A DNA stretch of 43,579 nucleotides from Acidobacteriota bacterium (GTDB taxonomy: Bacteria > Acidobacteriota > UBA6911 > JACQSX01): NCBI GenBank assembly GCA_036507075.1, contig DASXQR010000057.1, positions 1-43,579 on the forward strand, written 5' to 3'. The position numbers and the translations under genes were made by a program. This document shows positions 18,376 to 28,122 of the stretch, piece after piece. The notes under the pieces are model-generated. The model was not told the origin of the DNA, did no database searches, and saw only the letters and a program-made list of their open reading frames with translations. Numbering within the stretch: the first letter of the stretch is position 1; every line of letters starts with the position of its first letter.

Positions 18376-18753
18376 CTAATTCCTCCGTCTGTAGCGAAGC
18401 GCCGCGTGCCATCCGGTTCGTGAAGATTGTCCCAGGTAAGGGGTAATCAGACCGTAGTCCAGGCCGTTGAATTCCATTTCCATCTGAAGGTCTTCCATGA
18501 AGCCGACCGTAAGCACCCCTCTTACGTCGTCGTCGCCATTTTCATAAAGCTGTTCAACTGCGGTGAAAACGGATGGCAGGTCCTCTGCATGTCCCTGCTT
18601 CAGTAACTCGACAAGATGATGCGCCAGTTCTCCCACATCCACATAGACCAATGCCGGATCGTAGTCTTCATCTGAAATCCATTCAGCCCATCTTTCCGCA
18701 AACGACGGACAGGCGCTTACCAGAAAACGCATCATTTCGGATTCATTGATCAT
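18376..18753 (-). CDS. Small acidic hypothetical protein (DUF7674-like)
   Basis: ACPSFAERW...YVDVGELAHHLV...FTAVEQLYENGDDDVRGVLTVGFMEDLQ pattern. Start uncertain (18753, 18768 or 18792). Confidence 0.7.
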   Translation of the reverse strand: MINESEMMRFLVSACPSFAERWAEWISDEDYDPALVYVDVGELAHHLVELLKQGHAEDLPSVFTAVEQLYENGDDDVRGVLTVGFMEDLQMEMEFNGLDYGLITPYLGQSSRTGWHAALRYRRRN

Positions 18754-18805
18754 TGAGGGCTTAATCATACTTAACTGGCCAAGAGGCAACATTGCGATTT
18801 TTTTT

Positions 18806-18900
18806 CGTCAGCGTGGGCGTGGTCGTCGACGTCTCTCGTCGACGTGCACGTGCAGGTGGCCGTCCTCGGCTTTTGGTTGCGGCCTGCGGTGGGGCTGTGC
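18806..18900. repeat. Hexamer-period arm plus TTTGGTTGCGGCCTGCGG module
   Basis: Closely matches 37970-38060 and is the reverse complement of the module at 16352-16418. Confidence 0.8.
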
Positions 18901-19104
18901 CTGGGCGGTCAATACAATGTGGTGGTCTTTGCAGACGGGTATTCGGGACAACGCGCTTACCTATTGGGTTTATCCCGGCTTGCGGTCGCGGTTTTTGGGA
19001 GTGGGTGCTAGAGTCTTGGTTTGGTGGCAAGGAGGGTGATTTACTTGCTGGAAAACCGGCTTCCCGAAGGCATGGCCCGGGACAGGAGATGCAACTAAAG
19101 CTTA

Positions 19105-19202
19105 AATGTGGATTTCGGAATGAGCAATGGAAGACTGGTTTGACTCAGGCTTGAAAAACTGACCGGCGAATATTCCGCATTCCGCATTCCCCATTCCGCA
19201 TT
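19105..19202. repeat. Heptamer palindrome (GGAATGC-like)..(CATTCCG)n downstream of the TPR gene
   Basis: AATGTGGATTTCGGAATGAGCAATGG...ATTCCGCATTCCGCATTCCCCATTCCGCATT. Confidence 0.75.
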
Positions 19203-19208
19203 CAGGTG

Positions 19209-20453
19209 TTACTTCTCTTTTGGAGCTTCCAGCTTCTTAATCAATCCCTGCTGCTCCCATTCCGTCAGTACCTTGGTCAGTTTGTCCTTCAAAGCGGGGT
19301 CGGATTTCATTTCTATGTAGCGACGAAATTCTGAACCCGCCGAATCGTATTGTCCGCGACTGGCGAAAATGCCTCCAAGCATATAGTGAATAAGCGGGTA
19401 GCGGTTGGCCTCGCTGCTTTTCTGGACTTCGCCCAGGGATTTCTCCGCTTGATCAAACTCCCCAAGCTGATAATGGGCGATGGCCCCGAGGTAGTGGGCA
19501 TGTGGAATGGAAGGATTCAATTGCTGGATCTGATTGGTGAGCTTGGCCGCGTCCGCCCAACGCCCTTCATCCACTCGCAACATGGCCAGATAAAGATACG
19601 GCTCAATATACTTGGGATCGGTCGCAATCGATTTTTCAAACGCCTCCACGGCGCCCGTATTGTTCTTCTGCACAATCCGTTCCTTGCCAAGCAGCGTCCA
19701 GGCGCTGGCAAAGGCCGGATACTCTTTTACCGCAACCTCCAGCTCTTGAGTGACCTTGGTACGGTTCGGTTCCTTCTTCTCCAGCTCTTTGCGCGCCTTT
19801 TCAAAGGCTTTTTTGGCTTTCTCAGGCGCCGCCAGAGTGTTGTAGCTGATGACGGTGCCTTGTACGTTGCCGAGCCGATGCAGGAATATGGTGCCTATGT
19901 CAGGATTGTCAAGCGCCCTGCGGAATCCGAGTGAAATTGTGTTCGACTGAAAGCCCGCCAATCTGGCCCTCACTTCACAGCTGCTCAGGTCCACTCTTCC
20001 GGGATCTGAAAAAAAACTTCCGGTTGTCCGATCTGAAGTCGAAATCCCAATGCCTTGGTTTGGCGAGGTTCCAATGCCCGGCCCGCCGATATCGGCTTCA
20101 AATGCACTGGCGGTGCGGTTGCCGCCAAGAGTAATGCTGAAGTCCCCTTTGCTGGTGGAATAAACCCGAGTCCGGATGGACCCGTTGCAAATGAGCTCCA
20201 CCGATACAGAGTCGGGCAGGGGCGAGCCGTCATCTAATACCACTCTGCCGGAAAGAAAGATGGTCTGATCCATCCGGCGAGGATCTGTCTGTCGCTGGTT
20301 TGTCTGCGGCACGCGGTTCTTCCCGGGATCTGTATTCGTCGGGGGATTCTGGGGAGTGGGCGCATCCTGAGGCGGCTGCTGCGCCCATAAACCGCCCGTC
20401 ATTAAAAGCGAAAAACCGGTAACAACGAGGATTCTCTTGCTCATGTCGCTCAC
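19209..20453 (-). CDS. Secreted tetratricopeptide-repeat protein with N-terminal beta-rich (carboxypeptidase-regulatory-like) domain
   Basis: LSGRVVLDDGSP N-domain, PEKAKKAFEKA linker, several TPR helices (YPAFASAWTLLG, DPKYIEPYLYLA, AHYLGAIAHYQLG). Start at 20453 or 20444. Confidence 0.88.
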   Translation of the reverse strand: MSDMSKRILVVTGFSLLMTGGLWAQQPPQDAPTPQNPPTNTDPGKNRVPQTNQRQTDPRRMDQTIFLSGRVVLDDGSPLPDSVSVELICNGSIRTRVYSTSKGDFSITLGGNRTASAFEADIGGPGIGTSPNQGIGISTSDRTTGSFFSDPGRVDLSSCEVRARLAGFQSNTISLGFRRALDNPDIGTIFLHRLGNVQGTVISYNTLAAPEKAKKAFEKARKELEKKEPNRTKVTQELEVAVKEYPAFASAWTLLGKERIVQKNNTGAVEAFEKSIATDPKYIEPYLYLAMLRVDEGRWADAAKLTNQIQQLNPSIPHAHYLGAIAHYQLGEFDQAEKSLGEVQKSSEANRYPLIHYMLGGIFASRGQYDSAGSEFRRYIEMKSDPALKDKLTKVLTEWEQQGLIKKLEAPKEK

Positions 20454-20570
20454 CTCGAAGGCAGGAGTTTGTGTTTCGGATTTATTGTAACGCTATTTCT
20501 CAGAATTGCTATTTTTTATCCGTTGGCAACACTTTTTCTTTGGCCCGGGGGAATTACGCCGATGTCAGAA

Positions 20571-20799
20571 CCGCGCGCGTAAGCCCGGATTATTCATAAA
20601 AAACTTGACCGCGAAGACCACCAAGAACGCCAAGAGAGCGGCAAGGACGGGGGCTGAAACTTGAAGCATGAAGGCCATCAACTCTTTCTTTAATCTGCGT
20701 CGTGTCTTCATGCTTCAAGTTTCAGCCCCCGTCCTTGCCGCGTTTCTTAGCGCTCTTGGCGGTTAAGTTTTTGTGAATAATCCTGGCTTACGCGCGCGG
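20571..20799. repeat. Three-layer nested inverted repeat in a divergent promoter region
   Basis: Outer CCGCGCGCGTAAGCC..GGCTTACGCGCGCGG, middle ACCGCGAAG/CGCCAAG 9-mer arms, inner perfect 36-bp IR at 20638-20673 and 20706-20741. Confidence 0.9.
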
Positions 20800-20852
20800 C
20801 TTGGCTGTCTGTCCCATTCACCTATTCCACCGCTCCCCCAATCCCCGCCCTT

Positions 20853-22010
20853 TTGCAAAGCAAGGTGCTGTCCTTATATATTGAGGGCGTGGAAAGACAG
20901 TTCCCACAGCCTGCCGGCGTCACGTCGAAAACAGCACAAACAGATAATTCGCCTGAAGAGGCGAATGCACGTGCGGGACAAGCCGCTTCTCTGGAGCAGG
21001 ATTATTCCCGGCTCATCACCGGCGCGGCATTGGCCGATTTTCCCAATCTCAGCATTCTGCAAGCTTATGGGCCCGATACCAGCAGCTTCCTGCAGGGGAT
21101 GGTTACCAACGACGTGGCAAAGCTGCAGCCTGGCGAGGGATGCCTGGCTGCGCTGCTGAACCCAATCGGTAAAGTTATCTCCGACCTTATCGCACTGAAG
21201 CTGCACGAGGAACGTTTCTGGATCATCATCAGGCAGGACCGGAGGGAGAAAGTCGATCAGTCGCTCAAAAGATTTATCGTTTCCGATGATGTGGAAACTG
21301 GCGCGCTTGAGGACTGGTCGGCGCTGGGCGTGCTGGGACCTCAGTCGCGGGAGCGTCTGGGCGCCGTTTTTCCCCGATTGCCCGAAAAATCGCTGGCCAG
21401 TCTTGAATTTCAGATCGATGGAGATGCGGTGCGCGTGCTGCGCCATTTGCGCCTCGGTATCGACGGTTATCACCTGTGGGTGCCTGCCGCCAGACATGAC
21501 CACTGGTCAGGCCTGATCAAAGCGAAGTGCGGCCTGGAATCCGTGCCGGATCGGGTTCTGGAAGTGATCCGCATCGAAGCGGGCGTCCCGGAATACGGAA
21601 TTGATTTTGACGAAAGCAATATCCCGCTGGAGAGTAATCTGGATGACTTGCTTGACTTTCAGAAAGGGTGTTACACCGGCCAGGAAATCGTGTCTCGTGT
21701 GACCTATTTGGGAAACGTGAGCAGGAAACTTGTCGGCTTGCTGGCTAATGATGTGCGGATTCCGGAAAAAGGCGAGGAGATTCGACTGGGAGATCAGGCC
21801 ATAGGACGCATTACCAGCGCTGCGTGGTCGCCGGCACTAAAGCAGCCGATCGCGCTTGGTTACGTTCAGAGAAAGTTTCTGGAGTATGGAAAAGAAGTGG
21901 AGCTCGCCTCGGGAATCAAGGCATCGATCAGTCAACTTCCGCTGGTGACAGTCGAAAGTCGAAGATCTAAAGTCGAAAGTCGAGGGAGGAATCAGAGCCG
22001 CGATCTTTGA
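20853..22010 (+). CDS. ygfZ: YgfZ/GcvT-family folate-binding protein
   Basis: FLQGMVTND, RIEAGVP, signature KGCYTGQE, GRITSA, IALGYV. The start is uncertain (GTG 20889 possible) and the C-terminal tail is repeat-derived. Confidence 0.88.
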   Translation: MQSKVLSLYIEGVERQFPQPAGVTSKTAQTDNSPEEANARAGQAASLEQDYSRLITGAALADFPNLSILQAYGPDTSSFLQGMVTNDVAKLQPGEGCLAALLNPIGKVISDLIALKLHEERFWIIIRQDRREKVDQSLKRFIVSDDVETGALEDWSALGVLGPQSRERLGAVFPRLPEKSLASLEFQIDGDAVRVLRHLRLGIDGYHLWVPAARHDHWSGLIKAKCGLESVPDRVLEVIRIEAGVPEYGIDFDESNIPLESNLDDLLDFQKGCYTGQEIVSRVTYLGNVSRKLVGLLANDVRIPEKGEEIRLGDQAIGRITSAAWSPALKQPIALGYVQRKFLEYGKEVELASGIKASISQLPLVTVESRRSKVESRGRNQSRDL

Positions 22011-22040
22011 CTTTTGACCTTTGACTTTTGACCTTTGACT
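21951..22040. repeat. Heptamer palindrome (GTCGAAA)n..(YTTTGAC)n overlapping the ygfZ 3' end
   Basis: Left arm 21951-21985, right arm 22005-22040. The ygfZ stop TGA (22008-22010) lies inside the right arm. Confidence 0.85.
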
Positions 22041-22089
22041 CTGCGGCGCAAGGCTTTTGTCTGAGCGGCGTTTTTCCTTTTACAGTCTG

Positions 22090-23349
22090 ATGGTAATTCA
22101 TCCATTTCGGGCGGTCCGCTTCAATCAAGACCGCGTCAAGCTTGCTGATGTCGTAACGCAGCCATACGACAAAATCGACACCGCCATGCAGGCTGTATAT
22201 TACAAGAAAAGTCCGTATAACATTGTGCGGGTGATCAAATCACGCGAAGTCGACGTGCGCGGCGATGAGGGCTATATCGCCGCCGGGCGTCTCTGGAGTC
22301 AGTGGATGAAGAGCGACCTCTTTGTGCACGAACATGACCCAGCGCTTTTCATCTACCGCCAGAGGTTCGCAATTGGCGAAAGGTCCTACCTTCGCCATGC
22401 GGTTGTGGGGTTGCTTGATTTAGGTCACGCCGATCGAGTTTTGGCCCACGAACGTACGCTCTCGGCTCCGCGCACCGACCGGCTGCGGTTGATTCGCCAA
22501 ACGGAAAGCAATGACGGCTTGATCTTCCTTCTTTACCGTGACCCCGCCCGTGTGATTCAAGGCATCGCCGATTCACTGGCCGGTTGTGAACCGTTGGAAG
22601 CAGTGACTGATGAGCACTTCACCGAACATGAGATCTTCCGCTGCCCGGCGGATCGCCAACAGGAACTCGCGTCGGTTTTCAATCAGGGTGAGATGGTGAT
22701 TGCCGACGGGCATCATCGATTTGCTGTGGCCTTGCAGTTCATGGAAGAGTGTCGGGCGAATGGCTGGAAACCTGCGGGGGTCGAGAGTTTCGACAAACGC
22801 ATGGTGGCCCTGGTGGAAATGACTGATCCCGGTCTGGTAATTCTCCCGGCGCACCGTGTTGTATTTGGTATTCCCGGTTTTCGCCGCGATTCCTGGGAGC
22901 AGAGAATGTCCGCCGGCTTTGAAAAAACAAGCGCCGAAGATCTGTCGGATCTGCTGAACAGGATGGCGCAATCCGGCCCCGGAAATTTTGGCGTGTTTGA
23001 CGGCAGGAGTTTCGCTCTCTGGAAGCGACGCCAGACGCCCGGTCCGGACGAGCTGGACGTCGCAATTCTGCATGAGGAGATTTTGGACAGCAAGCTGGGC
23101 ATCGGTGAAACTCAGGTTACTTCGGAGTCGAGGGTGCGCTATTTCAGAGACGCTGCTGCGGCCGTGCAGGAAGTGAGATCGGCAAACGGCCAACTTGCGT
23201 TCCTGCTGAACCCCACAAAGATTGAACAGGTTGAATCGTGCGCCCGCCGCCTGCAGGTTATGCCTCAGAAATCAACGGACTTTTTCCCCAAGATGCTCAC
23301 CGGGATGCTTTTCATGAAAATGGAAATCGATAAAGGGGAAAACCCGTGA
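22090..23349 (+). CDS. DUF1015 family protein
   Basis: IHPFRAVRF, VVTQPYDKI, AHERT, IADGHHR, ILPAHR, MPQKSTDFFPKMLTG. Start set at ATG 22090. Confidence 0.9.
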   Translation: MVIHPFRAVRFNQDRVKLADVVTQPYDKIDTAMQAVYYKKSPYNIVRVIKSREVDVRGDEGYIAAGRLWSQWMKSDLFVHEHDPALFIYRQRFAIGERSYLRHAVVGLLDLGHADRVLAHERTLSAPRTDRLRLIRQTESNDGLIFLLYRDPARVIQGIADSLAGCEPLEAVTDEHFTEHEIFRCPADRQQELASVFNQGEMVIADGHHRFAVALQFMEECRANGWKPAGVESFDKRMVALVEMTDPGLVILPAHRVVFGIPGFRRDSWEQRMSAGFEKTSAEDLSDLLNRMAQSGPGNFGVFDGRSFALWKRRQTPGPDELDVAILHEEILDSKLGIGETQVTSESRVRYFRDAAAAVQEVRSANGQLAFLLNPTKIEQVESCARRLQVMPQKSTDFFPKMLTGMLFMKMEIDKGENP

Positions 23350-23502
23350 ACCGCGAAAGCGCGAAAAGGAACCGCGAACGGGAAGATCGCCAAGAACCTC
23401 AATTGAACGCCGGCGTGAAAGATTTGGAGGGGAAAGGTCCGCGGTTCTGTTTAATTAATCGCTTCGCGTTCTTGGCGGTTCCTTTTCGCGCCTTCGCGGT
23501 TC
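23348..23502. repeat. Self-nested AACCGCGAA-family palindrome overlapping the DUF1015 stop
   Basis: GAACCGCGAAAGCGCGAAAAGGAACCGCGAA...TTGGCGGTTCCTTTTCGCGCCTTCGCGGTTC. Confidence 0.85.
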
Positions 23503-23610
23503 GCCTCCGGGGGCTTGTTTCGCCCGGGGTCGCGTTCTAGAATCATCTTGCGGTATCAGGCGTGTCGCGGTTTGTCAGGCGGCCCGGCTGTGTTGAAGTC
23601 AAGAGGCGTT

Positions 23611-24732
23611 ATGAAGGCAGCGGTGGCGTTCGAAGAAAGAATTGTTCGCGTGCTGGGTGACGACGGCCGGATCGACAAAAGCAGGGATCCCGCTCTGTCC
23701 GAGCGCGAGCTCTTGAAGATGTACCGAGCCATGCTTTTCACCCGCATCATGGATGAGCGCATGGTGAAGCTGCAGCGCCAGGGTCGCATCGGCTTTTACA
23801 TCGGCTCGACTGGTGAAGAAGCCGCCATCATAGGCGCGGCCGCGGCCATGGGCGAGAAAGATTGGCTGATCCCGTGTTATCGCGAACTTGGCGCAGCGCT
23901 GCTGCGCGGCCTGACGCTGCGCGAATTCGCCTGTCAACTGTTCGGAAACAGCGAAGATCCCATCAGAGGCCGGCAAATGCCGGTGCATTACGCGTCGCTT
24001 GAAAAACGCATCCTCTCGGTTTCCAGTCCGGTAGGAACCCAGGTTCCTCACGCCGTGGGCATTGCAATGGCCGCCAGGATTCGCAAGACCGGCGAAGCCG
24101 CCCTGGTCTTCTTTGGCGAGGGCGCTACTTCGCAGGGCGATGTCCACGCGGCTTTGAATTTTGCCGGCGTTTTCAAAGCGCCCTGTGTTTTTTTGTGCCG
24201 CAATAATCAGTGGGCAATCTCGGTTCCGCGCGAAAGGCAGACCGCTTCTGAATCCATCGCGATCAAAGCAATAGCCTATGGATTTGAGGGCCTGAAAGTG
24301 GATGGCAATGACGTGCTTGCCATGTACTCGGCTACACGTGATGCGCTCGGCAGGGCGCGCAAGGGAGGCGGTCCGACTCTGATTGAAGCCGTCACTTACC
24401 GCCTTGGGCCCCATAGCACCAGCGACGATCCCCGCGCGTACCGGCGGGATGATGAAGTGGAACAGTGGAAACGCAGCGATCCGATCGTTCGCTTCCGTCG
24501 ATACCTCGTGAAGCAGAATTTATGGGACGTTGAGCGTGATGAAAGACTGGTGAAGGAAGTGAACGATGAAATCCAGTCAGTGATTCGCGAGGTTGAAAAC
24601 ATCGGACCTCCAGCCGTGGAAACGATGTTCGACGATGTTTTTTCCCGGACGCCCTGGCACCTGGAGGAACAAAGAGAAGAGCTGATTTCGTGGATCAAAA
24701 ATCGAGATTCAAAGGCAGGATCAAAAGAGTAA
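23611..24732 (+). CDS. 2-oxoacid dehydrogenase E1 alpha subunit, copy 1 (branched-chain/pyruvate type)
   Basis: LQRQGRIGFY, GRQMPVH, ThDP motif FGEGATSQGD...CRNNQWAIS, YRLGPHSTSDD. ATG 23611 follows AGAGG. Confidence 0.93.
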   Translation: MKAAVAFEERIVRVLGDDGRIDKSRDPALSERELLKMYRAMLFTRIMDERMVKLQRQGRIGFYIGSTGEEAAIIGAAAAMGEKDWLIPCYRELGAALLRGLTLREFACQLFGNSEDPIRGRQMPVHYASLEKRILSVSSPVGTQVPHAVGIAMAARIRKTGEAALVFFGEGATSQGDVHAALNFAGVFKAPCVFLCRNNQWAISVPRERQTASESIAIKAIAYGFEGLKVDGNDVLAMYSATRDALGRARKGGGPTLIEAVTYRLGPHSTSDDPRAYRRDDEVEQWKRSDPIVRFRRYLVKQNLWDVERDERLVKEVNDEIQSVIREVENIGPPAVETMFDDVFSRTPWHLEEQREELISWIKNRDSKAGSKE

Positions 24733-24741
24733 AGATTTGTC

Positions 24742-24805
24742 GGTGGTCAGTGGTCCGTTGTCAGTTGTCTGAGAAGGCGATCCGGATAATGAACCGACGG
24801 ACCAC
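24742..24805. repeat. Short heptamer palindrome (GTGGTCA/TCCGTTG family) inside the dehydrogenase operon
   Basis: GGTGGTCAGTGGTCCGTTGTCAGTTGTC...ACGGACCAC. Confidence 0.7.
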
Positions 24806-24826
24806 AAGTTTTGGCCGGGAGACAGC

Positions 24827-25801
24827 ATGGCGGTGATGAATATCATCCAGGCGGTCAATAACGCGCTGCGGATTGAGATGGAGCGCGACGATCGCGTGGT
24901 GGTTCTGGGGGAGGACGTGGGAAAGTTTGGCGGCGTGTTTCGCGCCACCCAGGGATTATATGAGAAATTTGGAGAAGATCGCGTTTTTGACACTCCCCTG
25001 GCCGAAGCGGGAATCATCGGCACGGCCATTGGAATGGCGCTCTACGGCCTGAGACCGGTGCCGGAAATTCAATTCGCCGACTTCATCTACCCTGCTTTCG
25101 ATCAGATCGTAAGCGAACTGGCCAAATATCGTTACCGCTCCGGGGGACAGTATTTCTGCCCCATGGTGATCCGAACGCCATACGGCGGCGGCATCAAAGG
25201 CGGCCATTATCATTCGCAGAGCCCGGAAGCTTATTTCATCCACACGGCCGGACTAAAGGTCGTTGTCCCGTCCAATCCCCACGATGCGAAGGGTCTTCTT
25301 ATCTCCGCGATTCGCAATGATGATCCTGTCATCTTCATGGAGCCTAAACGGATCTATCGCGCCGCGAAAGGAGAAGTTCCGGAAGGCGACTACACCGTGC
25401 CGCTGGAAAAAGCGGCGCTGGTGCGTGAAGGCTCGGACTGCACGGTAATCGCCTATGGTTCAATGCTGCATACCGCGCAGCAGGCCGTGGATCTTTCCGA
25501 AAAGAAGGGAATTCACTGCGACCTGCTTGACCTGCGCACGCTCCTTCCTTTTGATGTGGAAGCCATTCTGCAGTCGGTGAAGAAGACCGGACACGCCGTG
25601 GTGGTTCATGAAGCCCCCAGAACGTGCGGTTTTGGCGCCGAATTGTCAGCCACCATCCACGAAAAGGCGCTGCTTTATCTGGAGGCGCCGGTTTTGCGGA
25701 TTACGGGTTTTGACACGCCGTTTCCCTATGCCCTTGAAAATGAATATCTGCCTGACCCGCAGCGAATTCTGGCCGGCATTCAGAAGACTTTAGATTTTTA
25801 G
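24827..25801 (+). CDS. 2-oxoacid dehydrogenase E1 beta subunit
   Basis: GEDVGKFGGVFRAT, DTPLAEAGI, EIQFADF, HSQSPE, HEAP. Confidence 0.95.
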   Translation: MAVMNIIQAVNNALRIEMERDDRVVVLGEDVGKFGGVFRATQGLYEKFGEDRVFDTPLAEAGIIGTAIGMALYGLRPVPEIQFADFIYPAFDQIVSELAKYRYRSGGQYFCPMVIRTPYGGGIKGGHYHSQSPEAYFIHTAGLKVVVPSNPHDAKGLLISAIRNDDPVIFMEPKRIYRAAKGEVPEGDYTVPLEKAALVREGSDCTVIAYGSMLHTAQQAVDLSEKKGIHCDLLDLRTLLPFDVEAILQSVKKTGHAVVVHEAPRTCGFGAELSATIHEKALLYLEAPVLRITGFDTPFPYALENEYLPDPQRILAGIQKTLDF

Positions 25802-25815
25802 CCGCTCTCAAATTT

Positions 25816-27054
25816 ATGGCATTTGAATTCAAGCTTCCCGACATCGGCGAAGGTGTTGTTGAGGGCGAGATCGTCTCCTGGCTGGTAAAGGAAGGAGATG
25901 CAGTTCACGAAGATCAGCCGCTCGTCGAGGTGATGACGGACAAGGCGACCGTGGAGATTCCATCGCCCCGCGAGGGTGTGATTGTGCGCCGCGTGGGCTC
26001 GGAGGGGGAAATTGTTCGCGTGGGTGCCACGCTGGTGGTGATAGATGAAAAAGGGGATCGGTCGACAAAGGCTGCATCCGGGGCTGTCTCCGATGCCGCA
26101 ATTGCGGGCAAGGCGGGATCGCCGGGCGGCGCGCAGAAGTCCGCTCGCGCCCAGCAGAAAGATACTGCGCGTTCCAGGTCTCACGCTGATGGTTCCACAC
26201 GCCAGCCGGCGACGCCCGCCATGCGTCGTCTGGCGCGTGAAATGGGAGTGAACCTGGACTCTGTTGCCGCCACCGGTCCGGGCGGGCGGGTGACACGCGA
26301 AGATATCGAGGCGGCCGTGCGCGCCGCGCCTGGCCGTTCGGCTGGCGCTGTTACCGCGCAGACAGAGGAGCGCATACCGCTGCGTGGTCTGCGCAAGAGA
26401 ATCGCCGAGAGAATGGTTCGCTCAAAACGATCCGCGCCGCACTACACGTACGTGGAAGAAGTAGACGTCACTTCGCTGGTCGAGCTGAAGGAAAAGGCGC
26501 AAGAACAGCCGGATTCGAAGGAGAAGATCACCTATCTGCCGTTCATCATCAAAGCCGTGGTCCGTGGTCTGGAAAGCCACCCTCTGTTGAATGCCACGCT
26601 TGACGAAACAACGCAGGAGGTCGTGCTGAAGAAGTACTACAACATCGGCGTAGCGGTGGCGACAGAAGAGGGTCTGATGGTCCCGGTGGTGAAAGCGGCC
26701 GACCGGCTTTCGCTGCGCGACCTGGCTGCAAACATCCAGCGTCTTGCAGACGACGCGCGAGCGGGAAAGTCGCGGCTGGAGGATCTTCAGGGCTCCACTT
26801 TCACCATCACCAGTCTGGGAGCGCTCGGGGGCATTCTGGCAACGCCCATCATCAACTATCCCGAGGTTGCAATCCTGGGAGTGCACAAGATCCGCCTGAG
26901 ACCCGAATATGTGAGCGGTTCAATTGAGCCGCGGCACATCATGTACCTCAGCCTTTCACTTGATCACAGGGTGGTGGACGGTGTCATCGGCGCGCAGTTT
27001 ACCGCCGACGTAAAGCGACTGCTGGAAGCACCGGAACAACTGCTCGATCAATGA
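25816..27054 (+). CDS. Dihydrolipoamide acyltransferase (E2)
   Basis: One lipoyl domain (LPDIGEG, TDKATVEIPSP), an E3-binding domain (ATPAMRRLARE..TGPGGRV) and catalytic DHRVVDG. Confidence 0.95.
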   Translation: MAFEFKLPDIGEGVVEGEIVSWLVKEGDAVHEDQPLVEVMTDKATVEIPSPREGVIVRRVGSEGEIVRVGATLVVIDEKGDRSTKAASGAVSDAAIAGKAGSPGGAQKSARAQQKDTARSRSHADGSTRQPATPAMRRLAREMGVNLDSVAATGPGGRVTREDIEAAVRAAPGRSAGAVTAQTEERIPLRGLRKRIAERMVRSKRSAPHYTYVEEVDVTSLVELKEKAQEQPDSKEKITYLPFIIKAVVRGLESHPLLNATLDETTQEVVLKKYYNIGVAVATEEGLMVPVVKAADRLSLRDLAANIQRLADDARAGKSRLEDLQGSTFTITSLGALGGILATPIINYPEVAILGVHKIRLRPEYVSGSIEPRHIMYLSLSLDHRVVDGVIGAQFTADVKRLLEAPEQLLDQ

Positions 27055-28115
27055 TCGAAGCTCACTTCCCTCTGCGACAGGTCCTGAACGAAAACGGGGA
27101 GATCGTTTCCCGGCCGCCCGTTCTTTCCCGCGAAGAGCAGGTCCGGCTGTATCGCAGCATGCTGCGCATCCGCCTGATCGACGAGCGCATGATGATGCTG
27201 CAGCGTCAGGGCCGTGTTGGTTTCTACGGCGCCTGCACCGGACAGGAAGCGGCAGTGGTCGGCAGCGCGGCGGCGTTCCGTCCGGAGGATTGGATTTTCC
27301 CCGGCCTGCGCGAAGGCGGCGCCGCCCTGATGCGAGGTTTTCCGCTGCTCGATTATGTTTCCCAGGTGCTGGGGAACAGGATTGATCCGACCAAAGGACG
27401 ACAGATGCCTTGCCACTACAGCGCGCCGGCCGCCAATTACGTGAGCTGGTCCAGTTGTATCGCCACCCAGCTTCCGCACGCCGTAGGCGCGGCGCTGGCA
27501 ATGAAAAAACGCAAAACCGCCGCCATTGCCATCGCCTATTTCGGCGATGGAGCCACGTCGGAAGGGGATTTTAACGTCGCGATGAATTTTGCCGGCGTCT
27601 ATAAGGCGCCGGTGTTGTTTTTTTGTCAAAATAATCAATGGGCCATCTCCGTTCCGATGGATCACCAGACCGCCGCCGAGACTTTTGCCGTAAAAGCGGT
27701 CGCCTACGGACTGAAATCCCTGCGAGTGGACGGCAATGATGTGCTGGCAGTGTTTCGCGAAACCCAGGCCGCCGTCGACGAGGTTCGCGGCGGCGGAGGC
27801 CCGATTCTGATCGAAGCTGTGACTTATCGGATGGGAGCGCATTCGTCCTCGGACGATCCGAGTCGTTACAGAGACGAATCCGTGACCGAACAGTGGAAGG
27901 CGCGGGATCCTCTGATCCGGTATCGGCGGTATTTGCGTGGCCTGGGATTGTGGAACGACGAGTTGGAGCGCCTTGCGACGCATGAGATGCAGGAAGAGCT
28001 GGCGGCAACGATTCAATCCGCCGAAGCAGCGGGCGAGCCATCCGTGCAAACGCTCTTTGAAGATGTCTATTCACGCAAACCGTGGCACCTAGTGGTTCAG
28101 GAACGCGAAGGGTGA
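27051..28115 (+). CDS. 2-oxoacid dehydrogenase E1 alpha subunit, copy 2
   Basis: LQRQGRVGFY, GRQMPCH, FGDGATSEGD...CQNNQWAIS, YRMGAHSSSDD. ATGA overlap with the E2 gene. Confidence 0.93.
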   Translation: MIEAHFPLRQVLNENGEIVSRPPVLSREEQVRLYRSMLRIRLIDERMMMLQRQGRVGFYGACTGQEAAVVGSAAAFRPEDWIFPGLREGGAALMRGFPLLDYVSQVLGNRIDPTKGRQMPCHYSAPAANYVSWSSCIATQLPHAVGAALAMKKRKTAAIAIAYFGDGATSEGDFNVAMNFAGVYKAPVLFFCQNNQWAISVPMDHQTAAETFAVKAVAYGLKSLRVDGNDVLAVFRETQAAVDEVRGGGGPILIEAVTYRMGAHSSSDDPSRYRDESVTEQWKARDPLIRYRRYLRGLGLWNDELERLATHEMQEELAATIQSAEAAGEPSVQTLFEDVYSRKPWHLVVQEREG

Positions 28116-28122
28116 CCGAGGA

